Source: Ignavibacteriota bacterium (GTDB lineage Bacteria; Bacteroidota; Ignavibacteria; UBA10030). Taken from it: a stretch of 64,000 nucleotides of DNA. The notes below the pieces were generated by a model. That model was not told where the DNA came from. It did not search any database and saw nothing but the letters and a program-made list of their open reading frames with translations. The position numbers and the translations under genes are program-made. How positions within the stretch are numbered: the stretch's first letter is position 1; the number at the start of each line of letters is the position of its first letter. Below are positions 10,201 through 21,011 of the stretch, piece by piece. The DNA is taken from the NCBI GenBank assembly GCA_963701295.1, contig OY969585.1:256001-320000 (forward strand), given 5' to 3'.

Positions 10201-11091
10201 ATGTTATTTATCCTCAGTATCGTTATCATTGTTGGAGCTATTTCTGTATGGTTCAACGCACGAAAAAAAGTGCGCAACGAAAAAAATATGATGTTTAAAA
10301 CTACGGCATCTGCTGCCGGACTCACAGCATTAGTGTTTACACTGATCGCACTATCGCAGCTCTTTACCGTTGTACCAGCGGGGAATGTCGGAGTTGTGGA
10401 TTTCTTCGGCACAGTCTCCGACAATACATTGAAAGCTGGCATCAACTTCGTCAATCCGCTTGCCCGTATTGTCAAGTTCTCCGTGCAGACACAGGAGAGC
10501 AAAGAGGTCATGGACGTTCCATCGAAAGAAGGGATGACCGTGCAGCTTGAAATCAGTGCACTGTACCATCTCAATCCAGAAAAAGCGGCGGAAGTTTATA
10601 AATCCGTTGGAGAAAATTATGTCGAGGTTTTGCTAGAGCCACAGTTTCGTTCCGTCGCACGCGGAGTGACTGCAGGGTACGAAGCCAAAGCGCTCTATAC
10701 CTCCGAACGCGAAATGCTTGCACAGATTCTCTTGACGGATTTAGAAAAACTCGTCGAACCGAGAGGTATCACTGTTGAATCAACACCGTTACGCCGCATC
10801 GGTCTCCCCCCCGGCTTACAGGCATCCATTGAAGCAAAACTGCAGGCAGAACAGCAAAGTCAGCAAATGCAGTTCGTACTTACGAAGGAAAAACAGGAAG
10901 CCGATCGTAAACGAATTGAAGCACAGGGTATTTCGGATTTCCAAAACATCGTTGCACGCAATATCAGCGAACAATTGCTGCGCTGGAAAGGAATTGAAGC
11001 AACAGAGAAACTTGCCAACTCCCAGAACACAAAAGTCATTGTCATCGGTGCAGGCAAAGACGGCTTGCCGCTGATTCTCGATACGAAGTAA
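10201..11091 (+). CDS. SPFH/prohibitin family protein
   Basis: VVPAGNVGV, C-terminal coiled coil EKQEADRKRIEAQG, IGAGKDGLPLIL. Confidence 0.92.
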   Translation: MLFILSIVIIVGAISVWFNARKKVRNEKNMMFKTTASAAGLTALVFTLIALSQLFTVVPAGNVGVVDFFGTVSDNTLKAGINFVNPLARIVKFSVQTQESKEVMDVPSKEGMTVQLEISALYHLNPEKAAEVYKSVGENYVEVLLEPQFRSVARGVTAGYEAKALYTSEREMLAQILLTDLEKLVEPRGITVESTPLRRIGLPPGLQASIEAKLQAEQQSQQMQFVLTKEKQEADRKRIEAQGISDFQNIVARNISEQLLRWKGIEATEKLANSQNTKVIVIGAGKDGLPLILDTK

Positions 11092-11235
11092 TCCTTTGAC
11101 CTCGGAGTCTGAGACGACAATCATTGGTCTCAGGCTCCATCGATGTAATCGCATTCGTTAAAAACATTTTACTAGAACGACAGCAGGTTTTGAGAAACTC
11201 CATTGAAAATGACTTTTATTTTTTTCGAGGAATGA

Positions 11236-11355
11236 ATGCTGCAGACCATCGGATTTGACAACGAAAAATATCTTGCGGATTTCAAAACTCCCCAGCCACA
11301 AACGAATCTATTTCTTCTTCAACCCTTTCGAGCCTTGAATTTTACCAAATCATGA
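11236..11355 (+). pseudogene. 5' remnant resembling the DUF1846 N-terminus
   Basis: RBS GAGG, then MLQTIGFDNEKYL, after which the sequence diverges and stops. Confidence 0.45.
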
Positions 11356-11543
11356 TTAATCTTTTATTGAGTCCGCGAAATCGATTGACGTGTATTAAGC
11401 CCAGTAAAGGTGAAATTAATTATCTTATTATTATCTAATCCAAAACGAAAAGTTTAACACCTCCTCAATCTCAGTTCAATCTTGGGACAATACATTTCGA
11501 TTTCGCACGCGTTTTACCGCTTTAAAATAATAAATATGCGGCA

Positions 11544-11592
11544 TCCCGTACAGCGGGACTTTCTGCCACTTTCTTTGCGCTCAAAGAAAGTG
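11544..11592. repeat. REP-like double hairpin
   Basis: TCCCG-tacag-CGGGA and CACTTTCTTTG-cgct-CAAAGAAAGTG (11-bp perfect stem). Confidence 0.55.
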
Positions 11593-11746
11593 ACATATTA
11601 TTCTCATATAATAATGACAGTACTATGGAAACGATATTAAACCGATATTCCCTCCGCCAACAAAAAAACACACAAATATTAGTTCTTCGATACTTTTCAG
11701 ATTTGTTTTCTTTGATGATTTCTTGTAGCTTTCTAATATACAGACT

Positions 11747-12328
11747 ATGATCCTCGATGCGCCCATAAAAGGAATCTCTACAATGCGAAAAACCATCTCC
11801 CTCCTTCCCCTACTCTTGCTTCTTGTCACAGTTCCTGTTCTTGGTCAGACCGGCAAACCGGATTCAGCACTGAATATTTTGAAAGCAGCTATTGCTGAAG
11901 CGCGGTCATCGAAGAAGAATGTATTCCTCATGTTTCATGCCACATGGTGTGGGTGGTGCAAACGGTTAGACGCGGCATTAGAAAGTCCTGAAATCAAACC
12001 AATCATCAATAAAAATTATACTCTTGCGCAGTTGGATGTGCAGGAACGTGGAGAAAAGATACAAACGCACGAGAATCCCGGCGGTAAGGAGATATTGGCG
12101 AATTTTGGAGGGACACAATCTGGTCTTCCGTTCATTGTCTTTCTCGACAAGAAAGGAAAGATGATCGCCAACTCCAATGTGATGTTGAAAAATCAGAACA
12201 TCGGATACCCTGGATCAAAAGAAGAGATTGCCGCCTTTATCAAACTTCTCAAGCAAACAGCTCTGCATATGACAGACAAACAACGCAAATTAATTTCCGA
12301 GTATCTTGAAAAGAACGCACCACAATAG
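11747..12328 (+). CDS. exported thioredoxin family protein
   Basis: WCGWC, GLPF; signal peptide suggests a start at 11783 (MRKTIS). Confidence 0.88.
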   Translation: MILDAPIKGISTMRKTISLLPLLLLLVTVPVLGQTGKPDSALNILKAAIAEARSSKKNVFLMFHATWCGWCKRLDAALESPEIKPIINKNYTLAQLDVQERGEKIQTHENPGGKEILANFGGTQSGLPFIVFLDKKGKMIANSNVMLKNQNIGYPGSKEEIAAFIKLLKQTALHMTDKQRKLISEYLEKNAPQ

Positions 12329-12477
12329 TAAAAGAATTCTAGCAGATCTTGTCCGCGATTCTTCTATCATATAAGTTATATCGGAACGAGAGCAGGAATA
12401 AATTCGTCTATGGAAATATATCCTTAGGAACATTCGTAAAGCTAGCGATCGATGTATAAAACGAAGGAGAAAACACT

Positions 12478-12987
12478 ATGGGTGCTCATGGAATTGAAAT
12501 CGCAGGTGTAGAGGTTCATAAATTGATCGGCATGCTCAATGGAGCACTAAGCGAAGAATGGCTTGCATATTACCAATATTGGATTGGCGCAAGGTTGATG
12601 GAAGGTCCGATGCGAAGTGAGATTGAGCCGGAATTACTGCTTCATGCAAATCAGGAGTTAAATCATGCCGTCCTGGTTGTTGGACGAATCATTCAGTTAG
12701 GAGGCACACCCGTCCTGCATCCGGCAGATTGGTTTAAGTTTAGCCGCTGTGAGTATGATGCACCTACAGATCCTTATGTTGAAGTGGTGCTAAATCAAAA
12801 TCTCCATGGCGAGCGATGCGCAATTAAGAGATATAAAGAGATAGCAGATTTTACCAACGGGAAAGATCATACGACACATCAAATGGCAACGACAATTTTA
12901 GCTGAAGAATTAGAACATGAGCAAGATATCGAAGATTGGATAACAGATTTGAGAAGAATGAAAGAAGATATCAAGAAAATAAGATGA
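12478..12987 (+). CDS. ferritin-like protein, DPS-like (DPSL/thioferritin type)
   Basis: EEWLAYYQY, ELNH and ELEHE di-iron ligands plus two Cys (RCEY, ERCAI). Confidence 0.85.
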   Translation: MGAHGIEIAGVEVHKLIGMLNGALSEEWLAYYQYWIGARLMEGPMRSEIEPELLLHANQELNHAVLVVGRIIQLGGTPVLHPADWFKFSRCEYDAPTDPYVEVVLNQNLHGERCAIKRYKEIADFTNGKDHTTHQMATTILAEELEHEQDIEDWITDLRRMKEDIKKIR

Positions 12988-13069
12988 CACGATCCTCAGA
13001 GTTCAACAAACACTCCAGGACACATCTAAAGAATGTCTGCAGGAGAATTGAACGAACAAATATCAAATA

Positions 13070-13849
13070 ATGTCCAATTATAAAATGCCTGTTCTGTTCA
13101 TTGGTCACGGCTCGCCAATGAACATCGTTCACCATAATGCTTATACTCGGTCACTTCAAGCATTAGGTGCTACTCTTCCCAAACCAGAAGCAATTCTCGT
13201 CGTGTCAGCACATTGGCTGACACAAGGGATATTTGTTTGCAGTGCAGGCAAGCCAGAGCAAATCTATGATTTCTACGGTTTCCCTGATGAGTTGTACAAA
13301 GTACAATATCATCCACCCGGGGCGCCTGCGATTGCCAAGTTTATAGCCCATGAATTCAGATCCGAAAACATTCAAGGTGATGCTGAATGGGGAATCGATC
13401 ATGCTTCGTGGGCTGTACTTATTTATATGTATCCCAAGGCAGACATCCCTGTATTAGAAATGAGCCTTGATGTGACAATGAACGAACAGGAGCATTATGC
13501 ACTCGCTCAAAAGTTCTCTTTTCTTCGCAAACAAAATATTCTCATCATTGGAAGCGGAAATATTGTTCACAATCTTCAACGTATGGAGTATAAAGTAGAT
13601 GCCGAACCTTATCCGTGGGCGGTGGAATTTGATAAATATATAAAAGATGCGCTCCTTCAGAAAGACATAGACCGCTTGCTACACTATAAAAAATTAAGTC
13701 CAGTTGGAAAGATTGCTGTGCCAACAAATGATCATTTCTTGCCGATGCTTTATAGCGCAGCGCTTCGGGAAGAAGGAGAACAGATAGATTTTTTTCATGA
13801 GAGCATACAGAATGCATCAATTTCCATGAGATGTTTTCTCATTCAATAA
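13070..13849 (+). CDS. ygiD: 4,5-DOPA extradiol dioxygenase (LigB family)
   Basis: FIGHGSPM, SAHW, GIDH, GSGNIVHNL, DHFLP. Confidence 0.9.
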   Translation: MSNYKMPVLFIGHGSPMNIVHHNAYTRSLQALGATLPKPEAILVVSAHWLTQGIFVCSAGKPEQIYDFYGFPDELYKVQYHPPGAPAIAKFIAHEFRSENIQGDAEWGIDHASWAVLIYMYPKADIPVLEMSLDVTMNEQEHYALAQKFSFLRKQNILIIGSGNIVHNLQRMEYKVDAEPYPWAVEFDKYIKDALLQKDIDRLLHYKKLSPVGKIAVPTNDHFLPMLYSAALREEGEQIDFFHESIQNASISMRCFLIQ

Positions 13850-13909
13850 CTTGTATGGGCAAGGTAACCTCGTCCCCTTAATACACAGATACGCGAGAAG
13901 GATAGTATT

Positions 13910-14239
13910 ATGACTATTAAAAACATTCCATTTCAAATAACTGATTGGTCGGCCATGAGAAGTGAACGTCATACCGGTGAAACCGGTCATGCTGATTGGA
14001 AAGTTCGTCAGTGCGATGATATCCGTGTGCGTGTGGTGAAATATTCTCCTAATTACAAAGCCGATCATTGGTGTTCAAAAGGGCACATTCTGTATTGTCT
14101 TGAAGGTGAGATGACGACCGAACTGAAAGATGGCAGAACGATCCAATTGCACAAAGGAATGTCCTATCAGGTAGAAGACGAAAATTATCCGCACAGCTCC
14201 CACACAAGAACAGGCACAACACTCTTTATTGTAGATTGA
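13910..14239 (+). CDS. DHCW-motif cupin
   Basis: ADHWCSKGH motif. Confidence 0.9.
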   Translation: MTIKNIPFQITDWSAMRSERHTGETGHADWKVRQCDDIRVRVVKYSPNYKADHWCSKGHILYCLEGEMTTELKDGRTIQLHKGMSYQVEDENYPHSSHTRTGTTLFIVD

Positions 14240-17091
14240 TGGCGCTTGTACCAATTCATAAAGGAATAAAAATGAAAACACACCGCATATTCACATGGGT
14301 ACTTTGTTTCTTGCACGTAGGATTCATTTCTATCATTCAAGCGCAAGATATTTTCAAGCTGGATCAAATTCTTACGCCCGACCAGAAAATTCTTATCGGC
14401 AAACTTGATAATGGATTAACATATTACATCCGGGAAAACAAGAGGCCTGAGAAACGTGCTGAGCTGAGAATTGCTGTTAAAGCCGGTTCGATTCTCGAAG
14501 ACGACGACCAACAAGGATTGGCGCATCTTGTTGAACATATGGCGTTCAACGGAACAAAGGACTTCCCAAAACAAGACATTGTCAACTTTCTTGAGAAATC
14601 CGGAGTGCGTTTCGGCGCCGACTTAAATGCTTATACCAGTTTTGACGAAACTGTTTATATGTTACAAGTGCCGACAGACTCCCCGGAGGTGATGAAGACA
14701 GGATTCCAGATATTGGAGGAGTGGGCACATGATCTTTCCTTCGACGATAAAGAAATCGACAAGGAACGCGGTGTGGTGATTGAAGAATGGCGTCTGCAAA
14801 GGGGCGCGGATAATCGTGTTGCCATGAAGCATATTCCGATTGAGCTGTATAAATCTCATTATGCCGACCGTATCCCTATAGGGAAAAAAGAAATTTTAGA
14901 ATCATGCCCGCATGATGTCATCCGAAAATTCTACCGCGATTGGTACCGGCCAGATCTTATGGCCGTGTTTGCCGTAGGCGACTTCGATAAAAAAGAAATT
15001 GAAACACTCATCAAAGAACATTTCTCCAATCTCAAAAATCCACAGAAAGAACGAGAAAGAAATAAATATCCTGTGCCAGATCATAAAGAGACACTCGTAT
15101 CGATTGTCACTGACCCGGAACTCACTCGTACTTCTATCGAAGTCATGTTTAAGCGCGATACTCACGATACCCGCACAGCGGGAGAGTACAGAGATCTCAT
15201 CATCGGCGGCCTCTTCGATGCCATGCTCAATGCTCGTCTGCAGGAACTGCTTCAACAATCGAATCCGCCGTTCATTTACGCTTATAGCGGCGATGGACGA
15301 TTCTTCGGGGAAAAACAAGCGTATTATCTTGGCGCAAGCGTTAAGGAGAATTCGATGCTCGGCGGACTTGAAGCTGTTGTCAGGGAAGCTTTTCGCGTGA
15401 AACAGCATGGCTTCACTGTAACTGAACTCGAGCGACAAAAAGCTCAAAGCTTACGTGAGATAGAACAAGCGTACGTCGAGCGTGACAAAACGGAATCGGG
15501 ACACATCATTAATGAGTATCTTCGGAATTTCTTGGTCAGGGAAACCATTCCCGGCATTGAAGTCGAACTTAAATTATTTAAACAGTTTCTCCCTGATATT
15601 ACGCTCGAAGAAGTCAATAAACTTTCTAAGGAACGAATGACTCAGGGCAACCGTGTCATCACCATTTCTGCACCGCAAAAAGAAAGTGTCAAGGTACCAA
15701 CAGAAGAAGAAGTACTAGCACTCATCAATAAAATAACAACTGAGAAATTCGATCCGTACATAGACAAAGTTAGTTCGAAACCGCTGGTGCCCCAGCTTCC
15801 TCCATCGGGAAAAGTAGTCGAGGAAAAGAAGATCGCTTCCCTTGGAGTAACTGAATGGATTCTCTCCAATGGAGCAAGAGTTGTTCTCAAACCAACAGAC
15901 TTCAAAAACGACGAGATTTTATTTTCAGCATTTAGCAACGGCGGCACATCGCTCGTTCCCGATACAGATTATATTTCTGCTGCATTTGCCACAGCCATCA
16001 TTGGTCAATCAGGTATTGGTGAGTTTGATGATATCTCCCTGCAAAAGAAATTGAGCGGAAAAATCGTGAATCTCAGTCCATCGATCAGCCAGCTTGCCGA
16101 AGGATTTGGCGGCAGCGCATCGCCGCAAGACCTTGAGACGATGTTCCAGCTTGCATATCTCTACAGTACTTCCCCACGAAAAGACACCATGGCTTTTGCG
16201 TCTCTCATAACGCGGTATAAGGCGATGCTGCAAAACCGCAGCGTTAGTCCGGAAGCAGCGTATAACGATACACTTCAGGTAACACTCGCCAATTATCATT
16301 TTCGATCCCGGCCTGTATCCATTCCAATGATGGATGAAATCCATCTCGACAAAGCACTTTCTGTGTATAAGGATCGATTTGCCGATTTTAGCGATTTCAC
16401 TTTCCTTTTTGTCGGTAACTTCAAGATCGATACGATCAAACCGCTTGTAGAAAAGTACCTTGCAATCCTCCCTTCACTGAAACGAAGTGAAACATGGAAA
16501 GATATTGGGATGGTGCATCCGAAAGGTGTGATCAGCAAACAAGTGAACAAAGGCATCGAACCTAAAAGCACAGTGAACATTACCTTCACAGGTTCGTTTG
16601 AATGGTCGCAACAAAATCGGTACGATTTCAATGCCATGCTTGAAGCGCTGAATATAAAATTACGCGAAGTGCTGCGCGAAGATAAAGGCGGAACGTACGG
16701 CGTGAGAACTTCCGGTTCTCCCTCGTTTATTCCGCGTCAGGAATACACCATTACAATTTCATGGGGCTGTAATCCCGATCGTGTGGATGAGCTTGTGAAG
16801 GAAGCACTGACGCAGCTTGATAGTTTGAAGATCAAGCAACTGGATTCGATAACCATAGAGAAAGTACGCGAGATTCAGCGCCGTACACATGAAGTAAATT
16901 TGAAGCAGAACGATTTCTGGCTTAACAACCTTCGATTTTATTATGGGAACAATGAAGATCCGAAAATGATATTGAACTATCCGAAGCTTGTAGATCATCT
17001 GACAGCTCAAACCATTCAAGAGGCCGCAAAGAAATATTTTGATATGAAGAATTATATACAGGTGGTATTGTATCCAGAAAATATGAAGTGA
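14236..17091 (+). CDS. M16 family zinc protease (PqqL-like), exported
   Basis: HLVEH inverted zinc motif, NAYTSFDETVY; likely start 14272 with a signal peptide. Confidence 0.93.
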   Translation: MMALVPIHKGIKMKTHRIFTWVLCFLHVGFISIIQAQDIFKLDQILTPDQKILIGKLDNGLTYYIRENKRPEKRAELRIAVKAGSILEDDDQQGLAHLVEHMAFNGTKDFPKQDIVNFLEKSGVRFGADLNAYTSFDETVYMLQVPTDSPEVMKTGFQILEEWAHDLSFDDKEIDKERGVVIEEWRLQRGADNRVAMKHIPIELYKSHYADRIPIGKKEILESCPHDVIRKFYRDWYRPDLMAVFAVGDFDKKEIETLIKEHFSNLKNPQKERERNKYPVPDHKETLVSIVTDPELTRTSIEVMFKRDTHDTRTAGEYRDLIIGGLFDAMLNARLQELLQQSNPPFIYAYSGDGRFFGEKQAYYLGASVKENSMLGGLEAVVREAFRVKQHGFTVTELERQKAQSLREIEQAYVERDKTESGHIINEYLRNFLVRETIPGIEVELKLFKQFLPDITLEEVNKLSKERMTQGNRVITISAPQKESVKVPTEEEVLALINKITTEKFDPYIDKVSSKPLVPQLPPSGKVVEEKKIASLGVTEWILSNGARVVLKPTDFKNDEILFSAFSNGGTSLVPDTDYISAAFATAIIGQSGIGEFDDISLQKKLSGKIVNLSPSISQLAEGFGGSASPQDLETMFQLAYLYSTSPRKDTMAFASLITRYKAMLQNRSVSPEAAYNDTLQVTLANYHFRSRPVSIPMMDEIHLDKALSVYKDRFADFSDFTFLFVGNFKIDTIKPLVEKYLAILPSLKRSETWKDIGMVHPKGVISKQVNKGIEPKSTVNITFTGSFEWSQQNRYDFNAMLEALNIKLREVLREDKGGTYGVRTSGSPSFIPRQEYTITISWGCNPDRVDELVKEALTQLDSLKIKQLDSITIEKVREIQRRTHEVNLKQNDFWLNNLRFYYGNNEDPKMILNYPKLVDHLTAQTIQEAAKKYFDMKNYIQVVLYPENMK

Positions 17092-17250
17092 ACTTCGGTT
17101 CGCAATATGCAAGGATACACGGCATGGGAATCCATTACTTCCAACATGTGTCTTTTGAGGATTTAGGCACCATCTGGCAGTAGGCTGAATCTCATGGACA
17201 GTCATTGCTCGATTGCTCATGAATATTCATGAACTAAAAATCTTGATTTA

Positions 17251-17835
17251 ATGGAAGTCGGTAAAATCTTATACGTGTCAAACAGAAAAGACTGGCGAGC
17301 GTGGCTGGCAAAGAACCATCGCTCGACAGCGGAAATATGGCTTGTCTATTATAAAAAGTATAGTGGGAAACCTCGGATACCGTACAACGATGCAGTGGAA
17401 GAAGCGCTCTGCTATGGCTGGATTGACAGCATTCTCAAACCCAAAAATGAAGAATGTTATGTGCAACGATTCAGTCCACGCCGAAAAAACAGTAAACTTT
17501 CAGAAATGAACAAGGAACGTGTCCGGCGGCTGATCAAAGCGAAAAAAATGACTCGATTCGGTTGGAAGAGCATCCAACATCATATAAAGAATAATCCAAA
17601 GAAATCCACAGGTTCCCAGAGCCTCATAAAGTTCGCCTTGCCTCAAGATATACTAGAAGCCCTCAAAGCTGATCCCGCCGCTTGGAAACACTTTGTGAAA
17701 TTCCCAATGTCTTACAAGCGAATCCGTATTGGATGGATCGATGCAGCGAGATACCATCCCGAAATATTTGACCAACGCCTAAAATATTTTTTGAAACTGA
17801 CCAGAAAAAATAAAAAATTCGGTATGGTGCAGTAA
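17251..17835 (+). CDS. YdeI/OmpD-associated family protein
   Basis: WRAWL..NH, EALCYGWIDS, RFSPRR. Confidence 0.88.
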   Translation: MEVGKILYVSNRKDWRAWLAKNHRSTAEIWLVYYKKYSGKPRIPYNDAVEEALCYGWIDSILKPKNEECYVQRFSPRRKNSKLSEMNKERVRRLIKAKKMTRFGWKSIQHHIKNNPKKSTGSQSLIKFALPQDILEALKADPAAWKHFVKFPMSYKRIRIGWIDAARYHPEIFDQRLKYFLKLTRKNKKFGMVQ

Positions 17836-17880
17836 AGGTAAAAAATTCTTATGAAATCTTTTCGTTCACCCGAACTTCTA

Positions 17881-18331
17881 TCACGTATCCTTAGTTTCTA
17901 TGAATGCTTTTAATGCGTTCAGAGCTTGATCCCATCCGCCATCAGCATCGGTAAATCTTTTTTTTCCATCTTCGACTCGTGAATAATCCCCCTGCGTTAC
18001 TGACAATACTGTTTTTCCAAGCTTCGGAGTTAGTTCGTATGTCGCCTGCACATAATTTGATGGAACATCGGCATATTTTGCATTCGGATCAAATGTTGTA
18101 AATTGTAAAAGTTTTCCGGATTCTATTCTTTCGATAGAACCTTTCACCAATATTTTTCCTTCCCCCTTCGATGTTCCTTTCCACAGGATTGGGCTTCCAA
18201 CTTTCCAATCGGAAATAACTTCAGTACCCGAACATGTATTTTTTTGTTATTTCAGGTTTCGTCAATGCTTCCCACACCTTCGCAACTTCCGCGTTTAGGC
18301 TGATAGTTTTTTTGACTTTCAGTTCTTTCAT
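17881..18331 (-). pseudogene. SRPBCC/AHSA1 family protein with one +1 frameshift (possibly a sequencing error)
   Basis: MKELKVKKTISLNAEVAKVWEALTKPEITKKYMFG, extra G near 18228, then TEVISDWKVGSPILW continues into ORF 17881-18150. Confidence 0.8.
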
Positions 18332-18490
18332 GTTAGTTCATTCCTTAAAATATTTCTGAGATGAAGTGGATTTCTTCCTAACGCGAAATAATGGATTTTC
18401 GTTCCATCAATGGGAACTATGGAACCACAGAAGAGAATACACAAGAATAGTCCGCAAAGGCATCATTTTTAAGATGTAAGAAAAAACGAG

Positions 18491-19744
18491 TTACTTCCTT
18501 ACCTGCCCTTTCCCATGCACAATAAATTTTGTGCTGGTAAGCTCCACAAGTCCCATCGGCCCGCGGGCATGGAGTTTTTGAGTACTGATACCGATTTCAG
18601 CACCGAGTCCGAATTCATATCCGTCGGTAAACCGTGTAGAGGCATTCACATAGACAGCAGCAGAATCAACTTCGCGCAAAAATCTTTCGCCGTTGGATTT
18701 TGTACCGGTCACAATGGCATCGGAATGATGTGAGCCGAAGTGATTCACATGATGAATCGCTTCCGTGACATTTTTTACGATCTTAACCGCGATGATTAAG
18801 TCGAGGTATTCTTTATACCAATCCGACTCATCGGCTCGTTTGATATCTGGAAGAATTGATAGAGCCGTTTCATCACCTCGTATTTCAACTCCTGCTTGCC
18901 GTAATCGCGTAGCAACCTTGGGCAAGAATTTCGCTGCAATCCTTTCATGCACTAAGAGTTTCTCCGCCGCATTGCAGACGGATGGCCTCTGCACTTTTGC
19001 ATTAAACACAATATCTTCTGCATTCTTGAGATTGGCAGAGCTATCCACAAACACATGACAATTGCCTTCCCCGTGCGCAATCACAGGCACAGCAGAATTT
19101 TCCTGAATGTATCTGATCAACTGCTGACTGCCGCGCGGAATAATCACATCTAAATATTTATCCTGCTTCAGCATAACAACAACCGCTTCACGATCTGTAG
19201 TATCAATAAACTCCACACATCCGGAGGGAAGGTTCACGTCCTTCAATGCTAATTTTATTATTTCGACTAAGGCTCTATTTGAATAAAGAGCTTCCGAACC
19301 GCCGCGGAGTAATACTGCATTACCAGATTTCAAACAGAGTACCGAAGCGTCAATGGTGACATTCGGACGGGCTTCATAGATAATCCCAACAGCACCAAGC
19401 GGTACGCGCATCTTTTCGATAACAAGTCCATTCGGCCTTCTTATCTTATCGAAAACTTTTCCGATAGGATCGGGGAGTTTTATAACATCTTTCACTCCGG
19501 CGATCATCTGCCTAATTCGTTCCTCGTTGAGGGCTAATCGGTCCAGCAACATCTTCGAGATTCCTGATTTCTCTGCATTTTCAAGGTCTCTCTTATTTGC
19601 TGCTATGATAGCAGGCGTTTCACTGAGGAGCCGCCTGTTCAGCGCTTTCAATAATGCGTTTTTCTGAGCAGCCGTACAATTGTACAACACACCACTCGAT
19701 GCTTTTACAGATCCTGCTTTCCGTATTACACTTTCTTCAAGCAC
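18491..19744 (-). CDS. proA: glutamate-5-semialdehyde dehydrogenase
   Basis: IIYEARPNVT, VCNAAE, NASTRFTDG, STQKLHARGPMG. Confidence 0.97.
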   Translation of the reverse strand: MLEESVIRKAGSVKASSGVLYNCTAAQKNALLKALNRRLLSETPAIIAANKRDLENAEKSGISKMLLDRLALNEERIRQMIAGVKDVIKLPDPIGKVFDKIRRPNGLVIEKMRVPLGAVGIIYEARPNVTIDASVLCLKSGNAVLLRGGSEALYSNRALVEIIKLALKDVNLPSGCVEFIDTTDREAVVVMLKQDKYLDVIIPRGSQQLIRYIQENSAVPVIAHGEGNCHVFVDSSANLKNAEDIVFNAKVQRPSVCNAAEKLLVHERIAAKFLPKVATRLRQAGVEIRGDETALSILPDIKRADESDWYKEYLDLIIAVKIVKNVTEAIHHVNHFGSHHSDAIVTGTKSNGERFLREVDSAAVYVNASTRFTDGYEFGLGAEIGISTQKLHARGPMGLVELTSTKFIVHGKGQVRK

Positions 19745-20916
19745 TATTCTCCTCCAACCAACACAAGATTGTCTCGATGAATAACTTCATCACACGATTT
19801 ACAATTAAGAATCTTTTCAAGCTCACTCGTTTTCTTCCCTTTGATCTTTCCGAGATCCGTCGAAGAGAATCCGGTGACGCCTTTGGCAATTTCTGTTCCT
19901 TCCCCATCGCGAACAGAAATCGTGTCATGGGCTTTAAATTCTCCATGCACTTCAAGAATACCCGATGGAAGCAGGCTCTTCTGCCTTTTCAGCAGTGCAT
20001 ATTTTGCTCCATCATCCACAACAATATATCCATTAGCATGTGAGACAAATCCGATCCATTTCTTCCTGACATTCAATTTCTTTTCTGCCGGTAAAAACAA
20101 TGTACCTCTGAAATCTCCAGAGAATATTTCTTCAAGTGCTTTCGGATTTTTTCCGTTCGCAATAATCATTGCAATGCCCGCCGAGACGCATCGTTTCGCC
20201 GCCTGAATTTTTGTAATCATTCCGCCCGTGCTCAATTCGGTTTTACTGCTCTTTGCAAGCTTTTCAAGCTGTGGTGTAATCTTTTCCACAATCGGAATTA
20301 GTTCTGCATTATGATTTTTCGTTGGATCATCCGAAAAGAGCCCGTCGATATCGCTCAGAATAATGAGCAGGTCGGCTTCAATGAGATTTGCCACAAGCGA
20401 GGAAAGATTATCATTGTCGCCAAGCTTAATTTCTTCTACGGCTACCGTATCGTTTTCATTGATAACAGGAACGACACCTTTTTCCAGGAGTGCCGAAAAC
20501 GTGTTCTTAGCATTGAGATACCTTGCCCTATTCGTAAAATCGTCTTTCGTTAAAAGAATTTGGGCAATCGTGCATTCCTGCTTTCGGAATGCATTCTCAT
20601 ACGCCTCCATAAGCAACGGCTGTCCAATAGCTGCCGTGGCTTGTTTCTCGGGAATCGTTTTGGGACTTTCTTTCATCTTCAATGCGGCAACACCGGCGCC
20701 AATTGCACCCGAGCTGACCAGGACGACCTGTTTGCCTCGTCGCTGCAAGGAAGCGACATTCTTGGCAATTTCATTCATTCGCTCGAGGTTGATTCCTTTT
20801 TCCTTATCTGCGAGAAGGTTCGTGCCAATTTTAATAACGATTTTGTTCCCAGAGCGAAGTATGGTTTTGTATCTATGCATAATGTTTAATGATACTAAAT
20901 AGTAAGAAGAATTCAA
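19744..20916 (-). CDS. proB: glutamate 5-kinase with PUA domain
   Basis: VIKIGT, VSSGA, NENDTV, GDND, TGGMITK, IHRDNL; start may be 20880. Confidence 0.97.
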   Translation of the reverse strand: MNSSYYLVSLNIMHRYKTILRSGNKIVIKIGTNLLADKEKGINLERMNEIAKNVASLQRRGKQVVLVSSGAIGAGVAALKMKESPKTIPEKQATAAIGQPLLMEAYENAFRKQECTIAQILLTKDDFTNRARYLNAKNTFSALLEKGVVPVINENDTVAVEEIKLGDNDNLSSLVANLIEADLLIILSDIDGLFSDDPTKNHNAELIPIVEKITPQLEKLAKSSKTELSTGGMITKIQAAKRCVSAGIAMIIANGKNPKALEEIFSGDFRGTLFLPAEKKLNVRKKWIGFVSHANGYIVVDDGAKYALLKRQKSLLPSGILEVHGEFKAHDTISVRDGEGTEIAKGVTGFSSTDLGKIKGKKTSELEKILNCKSCDEVIHRDNLVLVGGE

Positions 20917-21011
20917 AAAAAGAATCCGTAAACTAAGGAACAGTAATGATCATGGAAAATAATACAGGTTGCCTTTGATGCGAGACTCCATTAATTTAGG
21001 TACATCAATTT

